A DNA stretch of 64,000 bases, taken from positions 148,552,001 through 148,616,000 of the forward strand of contig OX597815.1 of the NCBI GenBank assembly GCA_951406725.2, read 5' to 3'. The notes beneath the pieces are model-generated. The model was given only the letters and a program-made list of their open reading frames with translations, did not search any database and had not been told where the DNA came from. Positions within the stretch are counted from its first letter, which is position 1. Every line of letters begins with the position of its first letter. This stretch comes from Octopus vulgaris. Lineage: Eukaryota. The position numbers and the translations under genes are program-made. Shown one piece after another: positions 11,579 through 27,102 of the stretch.

Positions 11579-12224
11579 AGGCATGAATATATTTGCGACT
11601 TACGATATGCTAAAACTACCCGAAAGTTGCAAACTTTAGAAGCTATTAACTCTTTATTGATTTATGACTAAAATGAATTTCATGTCAATGATTATCATAT
11701 ATATCTACCATGTTACACCAAGTATAAATTCAACTGGAACAGAAATTGCAAAAGTTGAAACGTGGCAGCCATACAAAAATATCCCAGTGTAGAAAATCGA
11801 GAGAAATATTGATTGTTCAGAAGTATTAGGAAAGACAAGAACAATACTCCTTTTGATGCTATATATCCGGGAGTCTCTCACATGACATTCATTCACTGCA
11901 TGAGTTATATATAAATAAACAAATGATTCAATATGTTGAATTGTGAGTCGTTTATGACTAAGATATGGATATAATATCTATGTGTGTAATTTTCTCTTAA
12001 GGGCACAAATCATATATATTTCTCCTAAGCCCAGAAAAAAATTGTTTATCTCATTAATCCTCACAATCGTAAAATTATATGTCGCTTACATTAAAAATGG
12101 CAGCCAGTGTGATTATACCCCATCTCACTTTCTCTGTCTGTCTGTCTGTCTCTGTCTCTGTCTCTCTGTCTCTCTGTCTCTCTGTATCTCTCTCTCTCTA
12201 TATATATATATACATACACACACG

Positions 12225-12266
<42 letters not shown>

Positions 12267-12296
12267 TATCTGTCTGTCTCTCTGTGTGTTTGTCTG

Positions 12297-12347
<51 letters not shown>

Positions 12348-12476
12348 GTGCGTGTCTTTCTCTCTTTCTCTCCCTCTCTCTTTCTTTCTCTTACATCCGC
12401 ACATATATAAATACTAAAATGCAACATTCTATGTCAGGTCACTACTACTACTGTTACAAACTCCTGCTCCTACTCT

Positions 12477-12545
<69 letters not shown>

Positions 12546-13202
12546 AGTTGTACCTGTTGCTGCTACCATGAATTCGTATACTACAGCGGCGATAACAACG
12601 ACGAAGTTTACAAACATGACAATGACGAAAACGTAGACAACGGCAGTTTTGGAAAAGCAGCCGCAAATTTTGACATTTAAGCATCATAAGTTTTTGTATG
12701 AATAGATCTGAGTTGCATTTATTCACCGCTTCCGAGAAACTACTTAACTTATATACTTAATATATTTAGAATTTTAAACATTTGTATGCATACAAAAGTT
12801 GAACTTAAACCGAAAATTCAATTTCAGCTTTTTACAAATCATTGAACTCTTAAAGATAAGGCATAGAAGCAGAATTTTTATAAAAATGCATAAATTGCAC
12901 CATTGTATATATATATTTTTTATTTATATTTAGTTTCCCGTGTTGTGTTTCATTAGAGTTAAGGGCTTATCTTTAGGAAACAACATCTACTTGTGAAAAA
13001 CCCTTTTTCTATTTCGAAACGAATTCTTTGTTCTGTATTTTGGAGTATAAATTTAATTTTTTGCCATGTTTAGCAACATCAAATTGCATCTAGAATCGTT
13101 TGAATTGGGTTTATTCATTCGTAACATTTCGAGCAATGTCTCCAATTTATAGATTCATTTCTTGCTCCAACTTTCTATTTTGGAGAACAGCAAGATATCC
13201 CT

Positions 13203-13233
<31 letters not shown>

Positions 13234-13247
13234 CATATATCTATCTA

Positions 13248-13299
<52 letters not shown>

Positions 13300-13301
<2 letters not shown>

Positions 13302-13900
13302 AAAGAAATTTTATACAGTGCTCAGGTGCGTTACAGCTAGGGAAAAATTCCTTCAGGTTTACTGTTGGTGGATTTCAGGAAGCATGGATGTTTTCAAGGA
13401 TATGGTGTCTCAACAGTAAACGACAGATTCGTGTAGTTTATGCCATACTTCAACAGTTCTGTGCGTCAAAAAATGTTTCCGAAAGTCATAGATACGGTAT
13501 TACTTTTTTAATTTTGAAAGCATGTTCAAGAGGGTTTGTCGTATGGTATTCAGAAAGATGCCCAAAGCTGTTGTTAGAAAGATAGTGAATAAACGTGTGG
13601 GTGTCTACCATATCAGGTGCGAAACATCTGGGCTTCGATGTCTCCGCGCTCACGGAAGCAAGACGTTCAGACCATGGTAGATGCCTGACGGAGGGTATTA
13701 ATTTTGTTGTACATTTCTGAACATTTTCCAGGATATTTATATTCTGAGCAATATAGGTGTTCCAGATTGGGGATGCAAATTCTAAGTATTGACACGGCAT
13801 TGCCATATACAGTTTTAAATAGAAAACTACAGAGCGGTTGACAAAGGTCTTATTGACTGATGCTGGTACACACTCAAACATCTTGAAAATCATAGAGATG
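13300..13900 (-). mobile_element. CR1/L2-like LINE 3' fragment
   Basis: LEFASPIWNTY…ILENVQKCTTKLIPSVRHLPWSERL is the typical post-RT segment (LEYxxxVWxP…LExVQRRATK…YxERL). A 3' UTR follows and ends at (TA)n. Confidence 0.8.
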
Positions 13901-14620
13901 TTTGTCCAACGCAACACCGTTTCTTCATGCTGCCACCATACAATGTAGAGTGTATGCATTTTGCAACGGTGAATCTTTTTTTTGTGATGAAATTAATCAC
14001 CTACTGTATACAACGTGCACTGTATACTGTGATTAGTATGATATTGAACGTTATATTTGCCCTTTAATTTTTCTATTATAAGCAAAATCGTTGTAAAAAA
14101 ATCTTTATAACCAGCTGCAGATTTAAATTTGCTTGTTTTGAGGGAGAATAAAAAATAACCACATTTAGCTTTTAATTAAGTGGTAATAAACAATGCAACT
14201 ACAAATAATTAAACGTAATCATTTTGAGCGAAGAAAATTACATTTTAATTAAATGATAATGAATGATGTAATTTAATAATTTAAAATAATATTGATCATT
14301 TTATTTTCTAATTCTATTTTCTTCACTCTGTAAAATTTTTACACTTCTAGACATATAAAAACGTTACACCTTTCAAATTCACAAGGTATATGAAGTATTT
14401 ATTCCCGCAAAAGTATGTGCATGAATATTCATGCATACGTGCATATGTAAATTTAAGGAGAGAGGGAGAGGAAGAGAGAGAAGGAGAGAAATAAAAATTG
14501 TTAGAAATATAAATAAACAAATAGATAAATAGATAGATAGATACACAGATGGATAGATAGATAGATAGATAGATAGATAGGTACATAGATAGAAAGGTAG
14601 TTAGACAGACAGATAGATAG

Positions 14621-15293
<673 letters not shown>

Positions 15294-15295
15294 AA

Positions 15296-15770
15296 TGGGT
15301 AGAATATATTTTATAGTCAAATTTTGTGGTATCATGGCTCATCCTGGTCGGAAGTTATTCTTGTCTGGGCTGTATTTCGTTTTTATCGCACCTCCCATTT
15401 GCTGTATAGCTTTCGTTCGTCTTGTGCCTTTCAGATGGTGGTATCTCCATTCCAGGCTTTGGCATATCCTTAGCAGTAGGGAATTCTAACACAGTTTAGG
15501 ATGGAAGAGATCACACCTGTCTTTTGTGCAACGCGATTTAGGGTTAGGGTTATAGATTACGTTTTTAGGTATAGTATTTGAGTTAAAGGTGGAGCGGTTT
15601 TCCAAATGAAAAAGTGTCCTTAATAAGTCTGCAGATCTTCAGCATGAACGAGGTTGGGGGGAAGGGCAGTGTCCCTCGTTGCTGGTGTTGCTTGTGGCCA
15701 AATACCTGTCATAATGCTAGAAGTCTGTTAAGTTCAATCCCAACTTGCTGTAATAGGTTTGAGTACAGTG
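15296..15770 (-). mobile_element. Probable degenerate retroelement fragment (possibly Penelope-like)
   Basis: Coding-like but broken minus-strand frames between microsatellites, with no diagnostic motif. Confidence 0.25.
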
Positions 15771-18700
15771 AGAGAGGTGGTGGAGGAAAGAGTGACAGAG
15801 AGACGACGAAGGCTGTCAAACGTCGTTATATAATGAAATTGGAGAGAAGGGAGGAAAGAGAGAGATATCGAGGAAGACAAGATTATATCCGAAAGAGAGA
15901 AACGACGAACGCTTGTGAAAGTCTGAGTTTTGTTGCCCTAGTAACCACATCTTCTGAGATAGTGATTTCTAACCTAGTCCAGTCGCTTCCTTGCCTCTTT
16001 TTACATGCCTCTGTAAATTGTGGCGCCAATCCGACCCCATCTATTTCCCCTTCAGCTGTTCCCATTCCAAAATGAGACAAACAAATTTTTCGCATTTCAG
16101 CTTTATAGATATCGATTTATAGGGAATGGAGAGGGAGACAGAGGAGTAAAGTGAGAGAGGGAGAGGAAAGTGAGACAGACAGATAGACAGACAGATAGAC
16201 AGACAGGCAGTTACACAGGCAGATAAATAGACAAAAAGAGATATGCAAATATATCCGTATGGATATGCAGGCATATATATAAACTTATACTTCCAAACGG
16301 AAGCAGGTATAAAAAACACACGAGTAGACACACATGCGAGATTGCGTATGGAAAAACATACACACACTCACACACATAGACGCATACACACATATGCACT
16401 CACATTCGCATCCCGAAACTCATCAATTTTGCAGAAACTCTACCGATGAAAGATTCGATACATACAATAACCAGGTAAATTTACAGAGGGGATAATAAAG
16501 TGGTACATAAAGTGTATATTTTGCACGCCATGTATGTGTAGGAATGTGAGGGGCGGGATAGAAACATTGCACATAGGAACAGACACTACACTAAATTGTT
16601 TAATTTTGTAGAGAAAGCTATGTTTTACGATGTTCATTTAATCCTCTCTTTTAACATTGACTTTATCCAGAATGCAAAGTATATGGCAAGAAGTACTTAT
16701 ACATGTCTGAAAAATTATTTTCTTCACTCATCATCCCATAAAAAATTATATTACATATAAACCACCCGACAATATGTTTATAAACATTTTCACTGCGAAT
16801 GCATGGACATAGAACAATTAGATGTTCCATGTTTGGATCCTTATGCAGAGATGTATTAAAATTTTAGTTTATAATTGCATTGTAATCATATTTCGACTAA
16901 ATTTATTATCTGTTGGTGGTTCAGTTAAAAGTTTGCAGACACGAATCTAAAATGTATATGTTATTCTAAGATTTTTCATCTATAGGCGCTGTTTCACGTT
17001 GTTCAAAGCTGAAGAATGTCTTAAGTTTGCTAATGTGTGATGAATACTAAGATAATATAACTATATTTCAGTGTCTACGTAATCGTAAGATTTAAAATAT
17101 TGACGAAGAAAATAATCTTGCTTTTCCTATATATGTTTCAGTTCTTGATGAAAGGAAAATAATAACGTTCTTTTCTTTCAATATCATGATAGAAATATAA
17201 GTTTTTGAACGAAAGATTTAGTAATACATCGTATAGTTTTGAAATGATGAAGAATAGTATAATAAAATTTAAAATTTACTGAACAGCAGTGAGGGAGATT
17301 CACCAATTTGTTGTCCAATCAATAAAAATTATTAGTTCACATTGAATAATAAATCATTTTAAGGAACTGAGCTTAACTTTTAAGCGAGCATCATGCGATA
17401 TCGTCTATAGCATTTTCTAAAGATTGCGAGTGATACTGTTGTTGCAATGACAGGGAGACACCATCTTGGGATTCTTAAGTCCAAGAGTCGAATACACGAC
17501 TTTCAAATGTTGACCTCACTATTGTAATCATTAGTTCATATGCATTCACAGTGAAGAAGAAATGTAGTTGCTAATATAGTATTAGACATGGAAATGGAAA
17601 AAGATAAGATTGCATGGTTACAAATGGAATATCCTCGACCTGGGAACCGTACTGGGTTATGTAAAAAAGAAATTAAAACTTTTTTTCTTAATTGTAAATG
17701 TCTTTAATGACTCAAATTTGTTACAGTTGTCTGGGTAGACTATCGAATAGAAGGCAGATAATGGCGAAAGAAATCGATTTCGACGTGTAACATATGTTTG
17801 AAAATTCTATTTCTTTGGTGGAGACATTTGTGTTATTGTTGTTTTGATTTTTGTTGCTACAGACGCAGCTTAACCCCGTGCAAATTTGTATAAGAGGGCG
17901 TACAACCAATGGTACTTCAGTCGTAACCTACTCACAGAAACTTTATTTTAAATTGAGAAACTACACTGCCAGCAGTTTCTTTAAGATGCCGTCAGCAATT
18001 ATTCCTTTGATTATGTAAGATGGGTCCATAACGTAGAGAAATAAGCCTTTGTATAGAAATATATTTCTATGTACACGGTCGTTTATACCATTGTGTTCAG
18101 GACAATGCAGCAATTTATGTTTGGAGCATAAATTAGTGACACTAAGTATAAGTTAGAGACAAGAACTATGTTAACTTCTCAATGATTATGAGTTAGCCAT
18201 CAAAAGATGACGACACTACGCGATGAAGAATAACATACTTATCATTTTTTATATATTTTCTTTATAAATTCATTTTACTGTTATCTTTTTACGAGCATTT
18301 ACAATTGCCATCACTTTACATTGATGGTGAAGAGACCATCAGTGACAAAATTGATAAAATCAATAATGTGCATGAGATAGTCAACTGCGATTTGTCATCG
18401 GCTAATCACTTGGCTTATAAAGTATGTTACGATTCTGAAAGGAATTACTTTTCTTTTGGTTACAATCTTAATAATATTAAGTCATGCATTCGCCATGATT
18501 TTCCCTCAATAATACGAATGCTAAGCGTTTTGAATAACTACAGATACTATTTTTACTTCCTTTCATGCTGAAATTTTCAAGATGCCGTCATATCTTCTTT
18601 TGATATGTGTAGTACTTAGCAAATGTAAACGGAATCTATGTTCAGTGAATCATTGCAGTTGCGGATAGTAGTGACTAGATTACATTGTATTGAAGCCTGG

Positions 18701-20073
18701 GATATTACACTTATGGAAAATTGAAGGGTCAGCATAATGTCAGTGGAGACGTTGTCTGATAGGATAGAATTTAAGAAAATGAAGTATAAGGCAAAGAATG
18801 TGGAAAACAAATCGGAAATATGTGAAATAAAAATTTATTAAGCTTCTATCAGACAGAAATGCATCAACACATACCACGACAGTGCGCTCTAACAGTGAAC
18901 ACGTAAGGCAGATAAAGACTATCGATGAACATATATATATATCAGGAGATGCTTCTGAGAAACACTTCCGAAATTCTGCTGATTCTAAGGAAATAACATT
19001 GCTTACACCATATTGCTACAGCTAAATGTCATCATGGTTTTCGTTGTAGATTACGTCATTTGATACACTGTTGCAAACATTTCAACACAAATTACTTTCG
19101 GCAAATGTTTTCAGAAACGAGAATGTTTCTATAGAATAATGTTGTTTGAAAAGAAAAACCTGTAATAGAATCGGTCTCCTCCAGTATTGCATAACCAGAA
19201 GTCATTTTCTTAATGTTAGCAATTCTAGGAGGATTAATATAAAAAGATGCTAAATAGGAAAACGTAAATTGGTCGCCCCTCTAGATTCTACCAGTTTATA
19301 AACATCCGGTAAAATTTTGCTTTATTGAAAATTGACTTCAAGAAGAGTATCGGAGTGTATATATGCCTGTAAATATATATATATAGAAGCCAAAGTATAA
19401 AGTGTTTTCAATAATCGGTTAGTGCTTATGCGGCCTATGCTGTTTAAAGCCGTACAATAAATAAGCAACAAAATTAGAATTATGCGACAGTGTATCTCAC
19501 AAACACAGGAATGAACTTAAGGGAAAAAAAAATAACACTAGTTGAATCTCAATGACTTCGTATCATGAAGACGGATAAAATGAAGAATATAGAAAAAAAC
19601 AATAAATACTAGCAGCAATGATTTACTATAAAACTATTTCCACTATTCTATCATTTAGGATTCTAAAGTATACACGTATATAATCCTCTCAAACGAAGTA
19701 GATATGGCGTTTTAGTTTGAAGGTTTAATTTATTATATCAAACACTGATTGCCAGCTCCAACTTAAATTTCCGTTTGGGTAGAGTTGTTCACAGCAGAAC
19801 TCTGGATAAACTGCTGATATTTCCATGCATTAAATAGATTTATTTATGCTAGTGAATGTATTGAGTTCTATATAAGTTAATGCTCTTCCGGTGGGAAGTA
19901 ACTAGGCATTTAGAATAGCTTATAGAATGTTTAGTATCACTTAAGTCACCAAAAAAATATTTTTTAAACATACAACACTAACGGAATTTCTTATTTTCTT
20001 ATTATCATATTATTTATTTTCGGGACGGCCGGTCGCTTGACTCATTAGAAGCGAGCTAAGATAGCAGTACGCT

Positions 20074-20286
20074 GTGAGGTGTGCAATTCCATTGTTTTGG
20101 TTCAAAAGACGGTGGCGTGCAGGGAAAGGTAAGCATTCAACCCTACGTCCGGAGGCAATACAAAGTTGTCATTACAAGCTAATGATCACGGCCTCTGTAA
20201 ACAATGCAAGAAGTGGCCGTCCAACCAATACCCGATCAGCGGAGAACGTAGCAACAGTGCAGGAAATGTTTACTCGTAGCCCGTGA
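20074..20286 (+). mobile_element. Tc1/mariner-type transposase N-terminal (HTH) fragment
   Basis: KLMITASVNNARSGRPTNTRSAENVATVQEMFTRSP matches the GSVxD..RSGRP..R..EN…V…F.RSP pattern. Confidence 0.65.
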
Positions 20287-20361
20287 GATTTGTCAGTAAT
20301 GAGTGGATCCAGGCTAGAGTGGTATACGATATTTTAATATGATTTTTAGGGGCTAAAATTC

Positions 20362-20670
20362 CGTGGCAGCCCCTCTGTTACGACGACAAGTGTTCCGGTT
20401 GATCTGATCAATGGAACAGCCTGCTCGTGACATTAACGTGTACACTTAACGTAGTTGTCAGTGAGATTCATTGTGACACAAAGTGTGGCAAAGCTGGCCC
20501 TTTGAAATAGAGATACAAAAGAAATAGGAAGGAGTGAGAGAAAGTTGTGGTGAAATATTTCATCAGGGTTCGCCAACACACTGCCAAATCCTCGTGGAAA
20601 TTTTAGGTCTTTTTGCTCAATAGATACTCACAACGCCCGTTATGGGAATCGAAACCGCGATCCTACGACA
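20362..20670 (-). mobile_element. tRNA-derived SINE family C
   Basis: Homologous to 41050-41430. The B-box complement GGGAATCGAAACC is at ~20644. Confidence 0.75.
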
Positions 20671-20724
20671 GCTTATCCACTGGATCACCACAAGGAGTGA
20701 AAGCTAAATTGAAGACACTATCAT

Positions 20725-20860
20725 GGTTTCAAATTTCGGAAGGGTCAATTCGATTATGTTGCATCCGGTGTTCAACTGCTATTTATCTTATCGGGCAGAA
20801 CGGGAGGAAAGGATAAGATGACCTCAGCGAAATTTGAAATTAAAACCTAAGAACCCGGAA
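20725..20860 (-). mobile_element. SINE family B, partial
   Basis: Resembles 57866-58066 (…gacctcagcgaaatttgaa…). Confidence 0.5.
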
Positions 20861-20861
20861 G

Positions 20862-21512
<651 letters not shown>

Positions 21513-21959
21513 TATATGTATGTATATATGTATGTATGTATATTTACACGTGTGTGTGTGTGTAGAAATATGTACAGAAAAATATAGTTACTTCTTTTGT
21601 CTGTGCCTTCTGAATCGAGACAGGTCGATTATAATTTCCTTTCATTACATAACCGGAAGTAAGGGGGCAACCTGTCAGAACTGCTTGCACAACGGACGAA
21701 ATTCTTAGCTTCATTTCTTAAGGTTTCTTAAGTTTTCATTTCATCTTATCCTTTCCTCCTGTTTTGCCCGATAAGATAAATATCAGTTGAGCACCGGGTG
21801 CAACGTAATTGAATTCATCTTCCCTCAGTAAATTTGCTGGCATTCTGCCGAAATTTGAAACCATGGTACTGTCTTCAATGTAGCTTTCCCTCCTTGTATT
21901 CATCCATTTACGAGAAGCTGCAGTCTTTCTAAATATACATTTCAAGTCATAATTGACCG

Positions 21960-22115
21960 GTAGTTCGAAATTATTTTTCTCTCTCTGTTTACTTTTCCGT
22001 GTTCTTTTCAGTGGAAGAGCGTAGGCTCGAAATGTAAAAGACTCCCTCACATTCCCGAGCGTTAAAGTAATACACCTGTTTCTTGTCTAATACACCTGCG
22101 TTCCTCTATTGTTTT
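21960..22115 (+). mobile_element. Penelope-like terminal repeat fragment with hammerhead-like motif
   Basis: TCTTTT-CAGTGGA-A-GAGC-GTAG-GCTC-GAAATGT-A-AAAGA at ~22002-22040. Same family as 60002-60200 in the opposite orientation. Confidence 0.65.
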
Positions 22116-22127
22116 TCTGAAATTTTC

Positions 22128-22203
<76 letters not shown>

Positions 22204-22234
22204 GTATGTATATTTGTGTGTGAGTGAGGTTATG

Positions 22235-22351
<117 letters not shown>

Positions 22352-23232
22352 GTATGCATATATATATATATATGTATTTATGCCTAGACGCACAAATATA
22401 TAACAGTCATATGTGTATATATATAAAATTAATTCTCTGTATTCGTTAAATTAAAGCCTAATTGTATAGGAAATAAACACCGCAATATTTGTTCTAAATT
22501 ATGAATGCGAACGCATTGCATTTTTATTAATATTTAAAAAACTTGTGCAGTGAAAAATGCGTATTGGTAACAACATAAGGCATGAGGTTATATAAATATG
22601 CCGACGATTTTTTGTACGTCGAAGTGTAATTTTGAGATCAATATATTCTGTCATGTTCAGGTTAAACACAGAATTGTATAAGAAATATGAAACTAAAGCA
22701 AACAGTCAGACACACCATGTTTCAGACATATCGTATTCATTCACTTATGACATCTGGCTACTTGAAAAATAAATAAATGCTGAAAGTATTTCTCAAACTA
22801 ATTTCCTCTTTTTCAACAAATTCTTTGAAGAATATGTTATACGGTATACCGTCTTTTAAAATATATCTTTATGAGATAGTCTTCATTACACGAAGTACTC
22901 ATCTGTGAAATTGCGAAGAAATGTTTACAGATATACTGTAAAGAAATATACATTACAATTTTAAAAAGATAAAAAAATGTATATCTTAAATATAGAGATA
23001 TATATTACCAGGTTAGTTGTGTCTTTATTTACCTAAGACAACATCTATTCATTCTATGCGTATTGATTCTTATAAATGTGCCTGCCAACTCACACACACA
23101 CACACATACGAGTATACACACATATATGATTATGAATATATATAAATGTGTGTGTGTAAGTATATATGTATATAAACTGCTCTGCCAGCCTGTATATCTC
23201 CCTTTCTCCCTCTCTCTCTCTATCTCTCTCTT

Positions 23233-23300
<68 letters not shown>

Positions 23301-23301
23301 T

Positions 23302-23376
<75 letters not shown>

Positions 23377-23467
23377 TGTACATGCACTCATCTGTCATTG
23401 GAGCGATATAAACAAACGTACAAATGAATGCATACATTATTGCAAACATGTACAAACACACACAAAC

Positions 23468-23516
<49 letters not shown>

Positions 23517-23663
23517 AAGAGTGAGGGAGAGGGAGAGAAAGGCACACATAAACACACTGAATTAAAAACTCCTTATATTGAATGTCTCTAAATATTTTAA
23601 GTAGATTTCCTTATTTTATATTCTGATATCCATATTCATGGGCGCGTGTGCGCGTGTCTGTGT

Positions 23664-23694
<31 letters not shown>

Positions 23695-24148
23695 TGAGAG
23701 AGAAAGAGACAAAGAGAATGCATACGTTGTATGCTTCTATATACAAAAACAAATCTGAGTGCATGCGAGTAGATAGCTTCTGGTTATCATAAGGTTATAT
23801 ATATATATGAGAAGAGACGTATTGAAATAAAATTGTAAAAAATTGATGCATGCATAGACAAACACACACACTGCCAGCATCCACTCAAATATTTCCAAAT
23901 TATAAAGTTTATTTTTTTCTGCTATCTTATGTATACATAACAAATATATGATATAAAATATCGCATGTGTTACAATATGTGTATTTCTGTGTATAAAAGT
24001 GTGTGTCATTGTGAGTGTGATTATGTGTGCGCCCAACTGCAAACATATTTCACATTCACATTTTCAAGCATCTCTTAAGATTTAATTATATATATATACG
24101 AATATACATGTATATTTATAAGGGAGTGTGTGCGTGTGGATATATGTG

Positions 24149-24232
<84 letters not shown>

Positions 24233-24592
24233 TAATATATTATATTATCTTCATGTATTGTTGAGATCTGCGTGAAAATTAGATCTATGGATGAAAGAAT
24301 GATTTAAAATGAGTAATGAATATGTGTATATACATAACAGAGGCAAGACGGAAGGATGTCAAAGAAACAGTATGAATATAACGTATAGAAATCGAAACGG
24401 TGAGTGAAACTCATGCAGGTTTTGAGGAAATTAACCGCAAATATGAAAAAAGAAGCAACATTTCAACAAAGTTGATCTAAAAAACAAATTAAGGTTAATG
24501 AAAACATATAACAATACACACAAACATTTACACGTATCAAGATATGAGCGTAGTATCTCTCTTTCCTTCTCTCTCTTTCTCTCTATATATAT

Positions 24593-24644
<52 letters not shown>

Positions 24645-25194
24645 GTGTGTGTGTTTGTGTGTGTTTGTAAGTATGTATGTATGTGTATGTAAGTATGTGT
24701 GTATGTAAGTATGTATGTACCTGTTTTCATTCAGGTATGTATGTATACATGGATATAAGTATATGTATTTTTTCAGTCTGTGATACCAGGAAGCTTTCCA
24801 TTTATGGAGGATGAAGTTTCTTGTAAAGATGGAAAGCTGCGCCGTTGGAATGTAGATAACAAAAGCAAATTCATATACTAAACTTGAGAATAATTTTGCA
24901 TATTTTTACTGTTCCACTTACAGATTTCATTTCGAATATTCGCTTTCTTTTCCTGAAAACACCCGAATTATCATTGTATGGAGATGCATATATATTCTTT
25001 TCATCAGTGCGGTTGTTCTAAGTTTCAGTCGTAAGCGTTCTCGCTAAATTTCACGGGTTAAATTTGTTATTTAAAATCCCGTTAAAAGAATACTAATGTT
25101 GGGTAAGTAAAAGGTGTTTCCCTTGTGTAATACGAAGAAATTAACCATTAACTGATATAAGGTTGAAAAGTCGGTATTATTCCTGAGTACGTAT

Positions 25195-26120
25195 GCATGT
25201 CATTATTCAGTTTATTTCAAGATTTCGTGCCAATAAAGAACCGGTTTCTAACATAGATTCAAAGCCCCTTCATTAGAATTTCAACATCAACAACAGGATA
25301 TTTTTGCATGTATGTATTTATGTATGTATGTACGTATGCACGTATATGTCTATGTATGTATGTTTATAGGTATCTATGTATGCATGTATGTATGGATTTG
25401 TATGTTTTATGCATGTATTCTCACGCATATAATTGCATATCTAGACACGTTCATATATAATTATATGCTAACATTCTGGAAAGTTGTACAGAACTTTACA
25501 GTTCCACTGATGGATTGGCTTCGAATTAGCTTTCGCTTTTCTCCTTTTGAGAAGCATAATTTCTCAAGATTGGTATCTGGACAGTGTATTAAATATCCCA
25601 GGACTCCAATAATTACAGGTATATACCTGAACTTGTAATTTGGAGAGAGTAACAGCAGATTTCTTAAATGTCCAGCATAAGTGTTCTCTTTTTCACTGAT
25701 CTTCAGCTTTATGTATGTATCCATTAAGCAGTTAATTTCCGCAGCCGTGCACAGTTTCTCTTCTCTATCTCAAATCCTTATATCAGGTCTGTTGTGCTTA
25801 AATTTTATTGACGTCTTCACTGGGGCACTTCACTAGTATTCCTTATTATGAGTGGCTATGATTTTTACCATATTGTGGGTTATTTCTTTGTCCTCGTGAT
25901 TATTCTTCCGACGGATTTCATTATAGAGTGTCATAGCCACAACGTCAAGTCTCATCGGTAGATAATTCAGTGATTACAATTTCGGAAAGTTCTTTTGATA
26001 TGGGTGATATCTTCAGTGTGAACTCCACAAAGTCTGCATCGTTTTTCACATTTTATTGTTTTTTCCTGCATCTCTCTCCCTTTTTGTGCAGAAGGTACTT
26101 GGTTGATATTTCCTGTCCAT
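25195..26120 (-). mobile_element. 5'-truncated RLE-type (R4-like) non-LTR element embedded in (TACA)n-type repeats
   Basis: Minus frames give QEISTKYLLHK, CRLCGVHTEDITHI, KHNRPDI…E…KISEKENTY…IPVIIGVLG (CCHC plus PD-(D/E)xK). Assignment of 25195-25305 as the 3' end is inferred. Confidence 0.8.
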
Positions 26121-26259
26121 GTATGCATGTGTGTATATTTGTATATATGTATATATGTATGTTATACATACATCTGTTTGTTATTTACACATCCGTCTTC
26201 GTCTTTCTGTTTATTTTTGTAAATTCTCACCACGTACGTTTGTATGTACGTATGTATGT

Positions 26260-26650
26260 TCGATATGTATTATGCGTGATCGTGTTCCGTTGTCAAACGC
26301 AAGATACCTGAATCATATGAAGTCACATGAAAATCAAAATGCCCAGGTAGATCATAATTTTGAAAATGGACGGCCTATTTTCACTTTTGCCATATGTCAC
26401 AAATCTTGTAAGACAATACCTGGACTTAAGACATATGCTAAAACATTTCTTCAGAATGGAATTTCACAATGCAATGATATGGAAGATAGTTGAATATTTG
26501 TCACTTGTGTTTTAAATCTCGTTAGACAGCAGATGGTCTTAAGATTCATCTGAGGGCTCATCAACGAAGTGATTATACAATATGATTAGCTATGTGTGTG
26601 TTTGTGTTGATGGGACTGTTATCATCTGTAAAGATGAAGCAATCATTATG
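26260..26650 (+). mobile_element. Degenerate multi-C2H2 zinc-finger segment, probably a LINE 3' end with (TGTA)n tail
   Basis: DRVPLSNARYLNHMKSH, AICHKSCKTIPGLKT and GLKIHLRAH in broken frames, bounded by TGTA repeats. Similar to 45490-45890. Confidence 0.55.
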
Positions 26651-26661
26651 TATGTCTGTAT

Positions 26662-26890
26662 GTGGCGAGCTGGAAGAATCGTTAGCACGCCGGGCAAAAG
26701 GCTTAGCGTTCTTTCGTCTGCCGCTACGCTTTGAATTCAAATTCCGCCGATGTTGACTTTGCCTTTCAGCTTTTCGGGGTCGATTAAATGAGTACCAGTT
26801 ATGCTCTGGGGGCTATGTAATCGACTTAATCCCTTTGTCTGCCCTTGTTTGCCCCTCTATGTTTAGCACCCTGTGGAATATAAATAAATA
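26662..26890 (+). mobile_element. tRNA-derived SINE family B
   Basis: Head GGCGAGCTGG..GAATCGTTAGC, B-box-like GAATTCAAATTCC, central GCCTTTCA.CTTTTCGGGGTCGAT and an A-rich tail. Confidence 0.8.
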
Positions 26891-27041
26891 AATATATACG
26901 TATGAATGTATTCCTGCATGTATGTAAGTATGAATGGAAAAATGCATGCTTTTACGTTTTTATATATATATGTATGCTTGAATGTTGCATCTCTGTATGC
27001 ATATATACATCCATGGATGCATGTGATTATGCATGTATGTA

Positions 27042-27102
<61 letters not shown>

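Noticed and set aside
15536-15552. TTAGGG telomeric repeats
   Set aside because: Only about two and a half units, too short to call an interstitial telomere.
15883-16100. Possible DNA-transposase fragment (HFGMGTAEGEIDGVG resembling HGKGxxDG)
   Set aside because: A single weak motif with no flanking support.
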